NCBI GenBank assembly: GCA_976226885.1
Contig: OZ320316.1
Span: 37,200,001-37,264,000 of the forward strand
DNA from: Iphione sp. A-MEVVRFRX5
Taxonomy: Eukaryota
Direction of reading: 5' to 3'
Length of the DNA: 64,000 nt
In this document: in pieces, positions 13,900 to 26,672 of the stretch
How the letters are laid out: every line of letters begins with the position of its first letter
Numbering within the stretch: position 1 is the first letter of the stretch
Notes under the pieces: generated by a model
Databases searched by the model: none
What the model was told of the DNA's origin: nothing
Seen by the model: only the letters and a program-made list of their open reading frames with translations
Translations under genes and position numbers: made by a program

Positions 13900-14720
13900 T
13901 GTATGACTTACCTGTACAAATAAGATTGTCTAAAAGCCTGGTAATTGGGCTTTGAAGCTAGCGGAGATCTGCAAATATTACCATACTCCTAGTTGGGCTG
14001 CCATAGGCAGTTGACCTTATTGTTGCACCACTTCTAGACACAGGTCGGGTCAGTTTGCAAATTAAATTTCATAATCCTGAAGTTGCTGTTTCCTGGTATC
14101 AGGATCCTGTCATCAATATGTAGTATTATTTTACTCGACTTCACTTCTGATGGGACATTGTTTACCCTTATCAACAGCAGTGGACCCAAGATAGATCCTT
14201 GTGGGACCCTGCATTGTAGCTTACCTGGTTCTGAGATCCGACCATTACATTACACCAAATGTGACCCATGTGACAACTAACTTCAAACCATTTAGTATTT
14301 CTCACACTAATGGCTGAGAGTTTCTTTATGAGGATGTCCTGGTTAGCACTGTTAAAAGCGTCCTGACAGTCAATGAAAACAGAAGCCACAGCATTCCCTG
14401 CATTTAATTGGCTATGGATGATATCAGTCACCTTTGCAATGGCCCTCAAATTAAGCCGCTAGATTTAAGTTTATGCCCTTGAAGGGCCTATTTACAAAGG
14501 TTGCTACTTCCCATTCTGCAAAGTGATGATCATTATCAGATACATGTAGCTCAATTTTGATACCTTGGTTTACCATTGAAGTTGTGTTTGATAGTTTTTG
14601 CAGAATTCTTTTGATTGCTTTGATGCTGGCACAACTTTGCTTGAATAAATTTCTCTTTTTTGATGGTTGCAAGATAACTTGCTTCATTTGGCAATACCTT
14701 GGCTTCAAACCAGTCTCCAG
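13900..14720 (-). mobile_element. Decayed CR1/L2-type LINE RT fragment
   Basis: EWEVATFV..., AIAKVTDIIHSQLNAGNAVASVFIDCQDAFNSANQDILIKKL, and a degenerate PQGSILGPLL (plus strand cagcagtggacccaagatagatccttgtgggacc). Frameshifted. Boundaries approximate. Confidence 0.72.
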
Positions 14721-17700
14721 TTCACCCACTCTTAATTGCCCTGACTAGTAATATGTGTATGTTAGCATACACGTGTAAGTTCGATGCAAAGAAAAGACAT
14801 ACTTTTAAATTCTAAAAGCTCAATTAGACATGAATTCTTTATGAAAATGACCTTGAAAGAGAAAACTGGTCAATTGACTAGGGAAAGTGAAAACGATGTC
14901 TGTTTTTTACACTACCTATATAAAACGTTGCCTGAAAGTAGTACGGCCATGGGGAGGAGATCTCATGTGTATGAGACATGTTGTTGTGTTCATGTTTTGT
15001 GTTTTCTTCAATGCTATGTGAATCCTTTGTAGTATAATGGAAGCAGTCACATGTTTTAAGCTAGAAAACAGAATATGAAGGAAAGGAGAAAAAAACATTG
15101 GCACTACTTTTTCAGTTACCTGGATATTCATGCCTCTGTATGTCCAGTCAAGCAGAACTGAGGGTTGTAAAACAATGTGTAGGGGGGAGGCAGTCTGTAC
15201 TTTGACCTATCAGGGTGGGAGGGGGAATGCACATGTGTGCGTCCAGGTGCTGAAGGCGCTTGTTACATTTAAAATGCATATTAAAATGTCACTAGCCATG
15301 CACAAAAGGACACACAACGCTTAAAAAAAGTATAGCAACCTACACATGGAAAGGTACTTTCGGAAAATTATCTCTCTTAGTGTTCAAGAAATGGGTCTAT
15401 TGCAACCTCTAATTGCCTTTCTTGTACTTTTACCTTGCACACTAGTATGCTACACCGCCCCTCCTGATTTCGCATAACCATTGGACGCTGGCGTTTTTTT
15501 CTATCAGGGTACCTGCTCCTCGCCATTATCTTCTTCATCGGGCTCTGCCCGGCTAGATTCCCTGTCTGAGGTCCATTGGCTGACCTCTTAATAATTGCAC
15601 ACCTCTAGTCGTCTAGGTGGAACCTCCGCACCGCGTGGCTGATCATCTTCTCTATGACATACATGTACTCCGAGAGATCTGCTCTATTACATGATCTCTC
15701 TCAGAGATCCCTGGCTTGAAGATAATGATAGTATTTTTCTCAGAGGTGAAGAGCTTGCCTGTAATGATGGCTTTTTGCGACCAGGTTATGACCAGATGGA
15801 TATCTTCTGAGCAAATGATGGACAACAGATCAGCATCACCTGCACCTGTTCCATTGATGACAGAGAGTAGGTGATGATCTTGGTAGTTTGCATTATGCAG
15901 GACGGTCGCATTGGCTGGGACTTACATCAGTCTTACATAATTGCCAGATCCCAGATGCATGAGAGGGCAACTTTATAATATTCGCCCTCATTTCTCTATT
16001 GAATACCATAAGCATTCTTAGGAGAGGTTGAAATCCGGACCTCCTTCTGCATATAAACTAGGGCTCCAGCGTTTCAGGCCCCCACATTGGTAAGACGTCT
16101 TTGTTTTTTATTATACGAAATGTTTCTAGAATTGATTTGTCGTTCCTCTCAATAGTAAACGGTTATTCTGCCATCTGACTTTTCCCTACCTCAAACGCCG
16201 CTACCAAAGACGAGGGTCTGGTCTGATAGCATAATGCTCTTTCACGTACGCCGCAAATGCATTGTTAATATAATTCTGGATTTTACCGATTTCCAAGCTT
16301 CTCCATGCACGGTCATCCTGTCTTCTGGTATCGTGTTTCTGATCCAAATTTAATATACTGTTCTTGCTCAATATGCAACGTACATGTACTGTCTTCGATT
16401 GACTTTGGTTGCCAACCCGGTGATAAATCTTATTGCAAAGCTCCACTTCAATTTTGGAACCAAGGCCTTGTGCTTTAAGCGTGAGGTTATACATACAACC
16501 CAGCGTTAATCAATGACAGTTATGAAACTGTTAAGGAATCAGAGTACATAATTCACAGCTCCACTCCTGTCATACGAGAAAATATGTCTGTTAATCTTCT
16601 AGAAGTGTATGTAAAATGTATTCCTAGCCTGAGTATTTCCAATATTGAACACTTCAAGTTTCCTGTTAGATGCTCCGATGCTGTAGCGCAGTAAGCAGTA
16701 CCTTCTAGCGAGGCGTCAGCGCATTCTGTGTCATCTTGGGTCTCTGGCATAGAAATTATGGTGCTCAGCATTGGGGATGGTTAATGACATTTACAACGCT
16801 TATTTTCATGCTGGCATGACACATGCGCATTAACTCATATCGACTGGGCAATACTGTTGGCCTTAGCATGTCATAACCCGTTTGATACACTTTTACTGTA
16901 ATAACCAACTAAGGTAGTAGGGCAAATGGCAGTTCCGGTAAAAGTTGTGGTCAAAATTCACCTGAACTAACATATACATGTACATGTAATTTGTTCAGAC
17001 AGCCGGCTGGCCGGTGGTCTATCAAATAGGAGATCAAACTTATACCAAATAGTTGTGCCCATTGTATATGATAAGATAAGTAATTGTTTTGGCCGATCTG
17101 GCTGGCTGGCGCACATGATATGTCAGACAGCTCTTGTTAGATCTCAGACACGTAAATAGTAGTATAAAACTGTTAAAGAATTGAATACAGGACAAGATAA
17201 TTTCATCTCTTAAGCCGTTTTAGTATTCCGGACGTTTTGTAAGGGCAAATCAGAAGAAAAAGATCTATACTGGTACTTAAAAAATCGTGGGTGGCTGTCG
17301 ACCACGTTTCTGGTCTGATTGTAACATGAAACGGTATCAAACTTGAGGCATTTGCAAAATGGGAAAGACATTTTTACAAACATCAGAGAAAAAAACTAAA
17401 AGGAATCGCCTTACCGATGTACTTATCGTGAAAATAGTGAATTCTTGTAACGATGACTGACAAATCGGGTCCGATAAATTTTAACGGTGTGCAGTTTATT
17501 CTGCGCAGCAGCGACGGCCTTCGAGTGAACAGTAGGCAAGATAGCGGCTAATGGCTGAGGCACTCAAGTATATTCGACGAGCTAGACCATGCACGGACAC
17601 TTCCTCCGAGAGAGTCTTACCTCGTCCGACGACCGAATCGGCCGAGCCTATCGCCGGTGGCTGCAACCAAATCTGATTCCTCACAATTCGTTCGACTTTT

Positions 17701-20700
17701 ACACTGGCCAGATTTTACCCACGTCTCCTCGCCAGAACGGCGCCGATCGTCAGGGGACTATAATGTGATTGAGGAATTAAAACGATTTGGGAGCTGTAGG
17801 GACGTCGTGTCAGTGGAGGAGGAGGTCCTGCCAGGCCGGCTCGAGGCTGGCTACCGACGAGCAGCACCATTCAAAGAAGCCTTTAAAGAAGTCCTGAAAG
17901 TCATGACGTTCCCACCAGACCAGGACCCCTTGACTCAGCCATAACAGTATAATTCGTTCTCGCTACTAAAGGAATTACTAGCTGCGAGGACGTGCAGGTC
18001 CTGGTGAAGGAACCGCCTAGCAGAAGTAGTGGTATGGCACTGGGTAAGATGTAGTATGACATAAAGGTATGCAATATCTCTGGATTTTATCTATGTGAGA
18101 ACTTATTTTGTGCTTTAGCAGACTATTGGAGGCGTTTATTATATTAAGCACGCTTACATGGTGGAGGGAAATGAAAAACTGCTCCACTTAAACGTCGAGA
18201 AATTAGGTCGTCCAACCGGGAGGTAACTTATCTCTATGAACAGGACGAGAAAATCAAGTTTGTTTCTGGCAGCACGCTTGCGCTGGACGCCTAGCGAGGA
18301 GCCTATATGGTACCTCGTGATTGAACTCATCTTGTATGATCCTAAAAGCAAGTTTGTGCCTTTTTGCATGCCCGCCCACCATAACGGTACGGTTGCATGT
18401 CGCGCAAACAGACCCGTTTCCTCTCTGCTTCAACTTTGTATCATTTACTTTGTCCATTAGATGAGTTGTGCCTCGTTCACACAAAAAAAATATACGTTAT
18501 CTTTTTAATTCACCCTAGGAAGAGCCGGCGGTAAAGAAATAGGGTCGGCTTAGGTCGCCCTATCTCGCACAACGTTCCATTAGATAATTACTTGCCTTTC
18601 AAAACAATTGCATTATCTTCATGCACTTTCACCGCGAAACCTTTCGGGAGGTAAAATAAACAACAATTCGACCGCTAGTAGGAACCCTTAGTAAAGAACA
18701 TCAGCCTCTACCGGAGAAATAGATTGGCACTTTGTACTAGTATTCCCGTTTTAGACTAAGTTGGAAAACAGAGGGAGAAGGCCATTGCTGTGGAGTTGCC
18801 TATGGGTAAAGTCTCTCTCCTTTCAACTCCCATTTCCACAGTACCCCACCCCCGACCCTCCTACATGCTTGTCGTACTGCCTAGCTTCATCTTTGTGATC
18901 ATCTCCCTTCCTGCTCCTCGAGTTGCTCACATGAAAGTCCAGGCGCGGTTTGGCCGGTGGACAGAGGGGGCTTTGTAGTCAGTCCAGTCCAAGTCGGTCA
19001 TACGCTACTCTGTGGGTACTGCACGATGTTTGATTAGGAAAACCCGACCGAAGGTAGTCTTGCAATTACTCACAGCAGTATAATGTACTGGACGATACGC
19101 TCTTGTTGATACGAAAACATAGAATACTGACACAGGAAACGCAGGAGCATACGGCATATCAAGAGATCGAAGTAGAATGTATTCGTAGTAAATGCGCAAC
19201 GACTCACACAATGATCTGATGATATAGTCTCTGCGATATCAATTCACCACACCTAAAATAGCATCTGATTGAACTAATCTCAGTCGTAAATATTTCTAAT
19301 GTATCTTTATTCGACATATACCTGACGTTGCCCCTTATATGGTAAGGTGAATAGTAGTTCGTTCAAAATTCACTGCATGCGCATTCTTCTATATCGAGGT
19401 ATATTATATAAAACTACCCAAGCCAAGGTCTGCAAATCATATTTGCCCAATTGCATGCAGTTGAGGGACGTATTGGCGTGACGCGAATCCGCTTCGCCGT
19501 TGCCTTAGGCGCCCCCTCCTGGGGAAGATTGGCAGACGAGGTCACACACTCTTCCAACCTCCTCCAACCATTCATGTGTAACCTGGGCGCCTCCGTCTTT
19601 CCTCAGAACTCCTTCTAGTAAGTCTAGCATTCCTCGCTGTCCTTTTCCGAGATCTCCCCCATTGGCTGTGGGCATACGCAGGCCCGTGAGGCAGTACCGG
19701 GGCATCGGGATAATCTGGTCCATACCAGGGGAAAACTGACAGTTGCAGCCGGTCAGTAAAGAGAGCAAAGAAGGCACTAGGGAGGAGAGGGCGGGAGAAA
19801 GGTGGGTGAAAGAAGAGAGAATGTAAAGAGAGGAGCAAGGAAGAGGCGGTAAAAACACCGAGAGAAAGAGTGAGAGGAGAGAGGTCGAGAGATTTGTATC
19901 TGGATGAAAACGTGATCGTGCCTTACAGAGAAAGGAATAAGAGCTTTGATCCCTCTCCTACATCTATCTCCCCTGCGACTGCCCCAGCTCCCACTTTCCT
20001 TCCGTTCAGATGCACGTCAGCCTACATGCCCTTAGCCCTTGCGGTTCTATGGATAGCCAAAGCGGAGCACCGGAAAAAACCTTCCCGAAAGAAAACTACC
20101 GTCTATTTACTGGCCCAAGTCTTATCGTGCCACCGCACGAACCAGGCCGGGACCTGGCCTAACATTACAGTTCACGGCCGTCTAATGGAGGCAAATTTCG
20201 GCCGTGGCCCAATCACTGCCGATGGTCGGCATGCCCATGTATTCTGTACGCCAGCCACTGGCTGGACTGCCTCTCGGCACTATAAAAGACTCATCCTTTA
20301 TTGATGTTTCACGAGCAGAACTGCGCTTTGCGTCGCGTCAAAAAGATATAAAAGAGTTCTCTGGCCAAATCGTTTGATGATTTAGAGCGGTTCTATTGGG
20401 CTTGCGCCGTGACCTGACTTTCTGGGTAGGACCTAAAATGAAGTGCAGGCGGCTGCGTTTTTTTCGGTTTAAAAATATACACGTGTCTACATCCGTCATC
20501 GTTGAACCAGCACCGTTATTCATGGGTTATGGATCTCGAGGTTGAGCAGCTCGTCCCCGTTTCCAAATAATCCTTGTCTGTATGTCGTCATCGGCGGCGA
20601 GTGTTTGTCGAGCTCGCCCCCCTCCCCCCCGGTCCTAAGTCCACAAGTGCGCACGGTACGTTGGCCGACAGGGCAGCGCCAAAGCAAACGCGACGCCGCG

Positions 20701-22593
20701 GCGTACACTGTGTCTACAGAACCGGCGGGTGGCCATATTCCAGGTACACCTTGTTGACAATATCAACAGCAAACTTAAGCTCGTAACAGGTAGCACTGAT
20801 AATCTGACAACGACAGACCCATCCCCAACAATAGGCATCGCACTGCATTCTGGCCGATGGCGGGTGGTAATGTGCTTTCGGTGTAAATAGTGGCCATGGG
20901 GTAGGGCGAAAAGGCAAGTAACTATTTGGAGATGTCAGTGTGTCGCGAAACTTTGGCTGCTGCTTATGTATACCCTGTAGATATTTAGCGATGTTTTACA
21001 ACACGTTGGTCTATAAGCACTTCAGTACGAGATGAGATTCAGTCGAGTGTTCGGAATCCATTTTGGGGCAAGGGTCAAATAGTGAAAATCAAGGGGATTA
21101 TTTTTTATATCGCCATATATATCCTTTATGTCTTTTTGGTTTTGGGTGAAGACGTATATATAAGATGTATTTCTGTTTATGTTTTTTTCTTAAATTGACG
21201 TGAGGGTATCTGTTATATACAAGGCATTGATGTCAATTCTCAAAAATAGGATGCATAACTTTCATATCCATCAAATGTGCGTTGTACATGGAATAAAATA
21301 TTACGCTTTGTGTCAAATGCCGTGTTCCTTACTGAAAACAATGAAGGCTGATCAAGAAAAGGACGAGAGCAGGAGGTTACTTCGATGCAAAGCTATGCAG
21401 AGGTCGTTCACTTTATTGCTTTTACCAAACACAAATTGACCCATACAAATCATGCAATCTGTTTATTCTCCATTCATAATTCCACGCTGGAATTGCTGGA
21501 GCGGAGAAACCCATGCAAAGAAATAGAGACTAACAATGAGACAAAAATAACTACAGGAAGGGTAACGGAAGTGTTTGGCTTTAAAAGTTGCAAGGAAAAC
21601 ATGCCGTTTCTAAAGAGAGCCAAACCATCCATCTTTCTTCTAGTAATTACACTAGTTCATATTGAAGGGAGGACATGGAGCCTTTGTGCCCGTATCCGCC
21701 TGTGTCAGAAGCCTGAATGCCGGCGCTAAAATATACTGACCATTCGCCTGACTGTCATCAGTACATTTACCTGTCAATTAACGGCGGCATAAGAGGTACA
21801 GCGGAAAATTGTGACATCTAAGTATAGACCTACCTAGATCGGAATAAAAGACTCTAGTATTCCAAACTGAATCTTATCCTAACTCAGTAGTTCTCTGGGT
21901 AATTAAAAGGTTAGTTGAAAATACACCATTTGCCGGTGGGCATTTAATTTCCGAGGTGGTATGAACGCGATAGTCAGTAAGGGATGAGATGTACGAGCAC
22001 TCTTCCTTTATGTACCAGTCACAAGACAATAAATTACAAAGTTCCTTGAGGCACGTTCAAACTTTAAATGGAACGATCTATCATAGCCAAGGAGGTTGAA
22101 CAATAACGACTGCAAGGCCTTCAACGTAGCTCCCTGGTGGCAGAATAATACTGTGTTGAAATGTGAGAGCCGAAGCGATCGTGAAAACCACCTCAAAGAC
22201 GAGACCACCTCCGGTATATGATTGTAAAAATACATACTACGTGCAAAAAGAACTCAGCGTAAAAAAGGAAAATCAATATACACGCGCCTTACAGGAGCAA
22301 AAGGGAATAAAGCTATCTAAAACACATAAACAGGACACAGGGCAAATAACATTTTTTCAACTGAAAAAACAATCGAAATTCGTTGTAGTGACATTTATGT
22401 CTTAAAATGCTTTACGCCATCGGTCGTATTTGGTAATCCAATAAACCATTATATATCATCTTCGTCCTCTACAGATTGAATCCAAATCCAATTGGGAAAA
22501 AATGACCATTCGGGAATATGTTATTCAAATGAGAATCGACTAATACATTACAACATTATATTTATATCATTATATTATATCATTATATTTATA

Positions 22594-22773
22594 CAGTCTA
22601 CCCTCGTTATCTAACAGATAGTAGCGGCAGATATTTCAGTCGGCTATATGGATATTACTGATTAGTGAATTATCATATAATATTAATTTACAAATTTTAA
22701 TGGCGTTACTGTGAATAATGTCGGTAATACTCATTTTGTCGGTTTTGGAATTGTAGTAAGAGAGGGTAGACTA
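22594..22773. mobile_element. TA-flanked MITE (pogo/Tc1-like)
   Basis: TA-CAGTCTACCCTC ... GAGGGTAGACTA-TA: 12-bp TIR with one terminal mismatch, about 180 bp, no coding capacity. Confidence 0.6.
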
Positions 22774-25700
22774 TATACATATATATATGCCAACATAAAT
22801 ATCTACTGATTGCCGTAAATGAAGATCTTGTCAAATTTCCTCCGAATGGTGAGGAGTGCTGATTTCCAGGTTCGCATAATCGAGCTAGACAATTAATCTC
22901 GTCTAGTGGGCAGGTCTCAAGAAATCAGGTCAGTCTTCCAGCGCAGATTACGGAGGTTGGCCTGACCGAGTAGCCAACATAAAACGACAAGGGAACTAGT
23001 GTAATCATCAAAGCATCTAGCCAGCTCCCTGGTCCGCACCAGCTGGAGGCTCGGCGGGAGCCGCTCACCCGTCTAACGTGAAGCTCGACCGGGCTCCACT
23101 GCTCTCGTGGCTTCAGCAATCGCGGGAATCCTTTGCTAATCCGAACTGCGAACAATCCCCCTCTCATTAATGGCCACTACAGGGCCCACGTCGTGCCGAT
23201 AATCCGATAAGCTTCGATGATAGATAAGCAGTTCCTGTCAAATCTCTGCGGCAGCGGTGGTGCGCCGCCAACGTTAGACCTGCTGATTACCCGTGGGGCA
23301 TCGCCCAGTCCCCCTCTAGAGGAGTCTTTGTAAAAATCATCAGAGAAATTAATCAGCGGTCAAATTTTTAACAAGCGCCTGGAAGGCGAGGCGACAAGCT
23401 CAGCCTCTGAATAATACCCCTGGATGGGAGATAAAACTCTATGATATGAAAGCTTCATAGCAGCCATCCTCCCTGAAGGGGAACGGAGGCGGGGACTACA
23501 AGATTATAACGCCTGCTGAGAAGGTATTACTTCGATATTCTTATAATCACCATGGGATGGACTAGACAAGGGACTATTATCGACAGAGGAGATTTCATTC
23601 AGAGGAGTCAATCACGCTTAGGTGTTGCTTATTTGGCACAGTCACGCTCCGCGTTAAAACACTCATCGACTCTCGTGCCTCACCTCCAGCCAGCGTCGTT
23701 TCTCACTGCATCTCCTAAATTAGTCAGGCTGTCAGGGCGCTTGTGAGGATGGAGGCAATACGTCAGTGCTAATACCACTCACCACCTTCTAGAAGAAGCT
23801 CTGTGACACCACCATGTCCTGCACTTACAGGGGTCTCTTAAGATCCTCACCTCTTCACACCGACGTACCAGGTGAAGAAACTGTAGTGAGGGGGAGGGGG
23901 GCAAAGTTACCTCGCAGCGTCTATAGAAACCAAGCATCCCCCCCCCAACATCGTACCCATCCAATATACAGACGTGCAACTAAGCTGGCTGGCCCTTAAG
24001 CCCACCCACTTCTCCCAGCGTTGTCGCCCAGGCAATCACTGGCCAACTCTTGCGTGCGCCGTCGGCTGCACAGCACCGGCGTGTCCAGGAAGACGCCCCG
24101 AAGGTGCCGCTCCGTCGGACTCGGTAAGCTTTAAGAGCATCACCCCTTCAGACGTGGCGCCAAGTCAATAGCTTTACTTGCAGCGGCCTCCCAAGCAAAG
24201 GACAGATTTGTATTCGCATTCCGGCGGCGCTAAAAGTGGCACGACGTCGAGAAATCAATGGCGGGCGGTGCCGCGGCCGTGGGTGGCTTCGTGCGGTGCT
24301 CGGAACAAGGGGTTCCCCATCCTGAATGTATGGCTGGCTAGCTTCCGATAATCTAGAAGGGGACACTAGACCGTAAACAGAAGACATGATCGGTAAGAAC
24401 GGCCATGTTGTCAGCTATATTCCTAAACTGATGCCACGCTTAGCAGGCTAGAGACAATAGTCGAGGTTTGCTCTTAATATCTACTCAGAGTATCACTGTT
24501 AAATCATTCGTTAAAGTCAAGAGAAACGTGGAGGTAAAGTACAAATCTTATAGCGCTCAGACACACCAGGGACAGGCAACTATAGGTTTAAAGTTCTCAA
24601 ACTTGCAGGCCCTCGCCCTTAGGTTAAGGTGGCCGGGGAGCAGGTGGTAGTGAGTGTGCAGCGAGCAGCTCATCTTTAGAAACGTGAGCTCGCCAAGGGT
24701 AACCCTACAATGGAGGATGTGAGCGGTCCTCGCCAAGTGGTCCACGGAAACCATCCGTCGTTGTCGTACTAAGCTTAATTTCCTGTTAATATGCGAAGGG
24801 AAAACATGGTGGAGCAGGCTTGTGCTGTCTCAGATCACTTAATTTGAAAGGATTCTTCTTTTTTAATGCTTAATCACCGCCTAGATTGCACGATCGTCTT
24901 GGGGTCTCTTCCGGTGCCCAACAACCAGTTTGTAAGCTGTATTGTGGAAGTTCTTTGAAGATTGGAAAGACAGCAGCTGCAGCCTTTAGGAAAGGGAAGA
25001 CAATAAGCCTCTCACATACACCAATATCCCGGTAACTTGAGCACGCAACAATGATAAATACCCTTCATGCACTTTCCTTGCGTGAGTTTTCTCTTTGTAT
25101 TATGCCAAGGATGATGTTCAGTTTAACAGTGACTCATTTGCGTATATATCACATATTCACCTCATCCATACTGATATTCGTATCCGGATGATGAAGATAT
25201 ATCTTGAATATTGTAGAATCTATGTCCTTGTCTGCGTTTTAAACGAAATTTAACTTTCTCCACGTAGAAGTAGAAAGAGAGTGTGGAAGTACTGAAATTG
25301 AAAGTATTTCTGTCTGCATGTCTATGTGTTGAATGTCACAGTAATAATAGCTGCATGTATTGTGTAGAAAACCTTCCTATTTCACATACTGAATCAATGA
25401 AAAAGACATACAAAATGGAATCTATTCTTGGTCCAATGTATATTAGATAGATGACGTCTGATTCAAGGATATTTCAAAAGTCGACTACTCAAAATACATT
25501 TTCCAAGCAAAGGACCTGGGCGACGTTCATCGAGCAGGGACAGGAATAAGAGGACAAAGTACATATATTATATCATTCCTTTGAAGCAACAACGGCTTTT
25601 CATCTCGTACAGTAGCTATGTTTCATATTGCTTCTCTTCAAGGACATTCAACGATAGCAATAGGTGTAATAGTGTAAATGAGAGACCTTTCCCCCATCTG

Positions 25701-26584
25701 ATCTTGTGCTCCTCTCTCTCCCCTCCCCTTCACTTCTTTTCTTTTTCTCTCCCCCCTCTCTCTCCGTCACTTACGTAACGCTTGGCTGTTCTTTGCAATG
25801 CACGTGGAGTCAATGCTGAGCAATTAGTACATCGTCCTCCAGGGACTTAACATTGTACCTCGGCAAGTGTCGCCCAAGAGCAATCAAGTCAATTCCTGCT
25901 GCTGCCAATCAGTCGGACAGCACTACATTTTCGGGATGGAGTCGGTGGGCCTAGCAACCCGGACGATTAATGTACCGGCCAAAAGACGGCCGACTTTCCT
26001 CTCGACTACAAATTAAGGCGCCCAGGAAATAGATCAACCGGTACGGCAACGAGTGGCTAACAATTATGGCATTTCAGGTAGACCTAATGAGAGCGATCTA
26101 AGATCGATCTGGTTTTTTTGTTCTTAATTATGTATTCATCGACATAAATACATGTACTAAAAGAGGAACACTTCATCATACGCACCATCGGCATTGTTTC
26201 GTCTGGGGTCTCGAGAAAATAATTCCCTTACACTAAGCATAGTTTACATGCCGTTCAGTGGTATAGCAACCGGCATCCCAGCAGAGGAGGGTTTACATAC
26301 GGAAGGAATTTGAACGTGATCAGCCGTAGACTAATGGCCATTATCAGGTGACTTAGTGGTAAATAGAACTGTAGAGATCGGCCTGAAGGCCACTTGATGT
26401 TAACGGGCTCATATTCTGGTCTAGCTGCCGTAAGACCCCGTGAATCAGACCAACTGATACCACAGTAAGCCGCGATTATGGTGACCCGTCGTCCCCCACA
26501 CCCCAAACCCCCACCCAGCTCAAGTCCCCGCACCATAGATGACGTCAATCGGAGCCCCCATCCCAACCCTACTCCACCCCGAAT

Positions 26585-26585
26585 C

Positions 26586-26670
<85 letters not shown>
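26585..26670. repeat. Poly-C run followed by (CT)n microsatellite
   Basis: C12 then about 35 TC units. Explains the LSLSLS ORFs at 26478 and 26539. Confidence 0.97.

Positions 26671-26672
<2 letters not shown>

Noticed and set aside
19505-20304. 117-aa and 144-aa ORFs around a purine-rich tract
   Set aside because: Composition driven by a GA-rich low-complexity block; no family motif.
23069-23145. Candidate minus-strand exon (RISKGFPRLLKPREQWSPVELHVRR, GTGAGC donor)
   Set aside because: Purine-rich acceptor region and no homology support.
24900-25010. AAVFPIFK on the minus strand, resembling the LINE pre-RT motif
   Set aside because: Isolated; downstream RT motifs not found.
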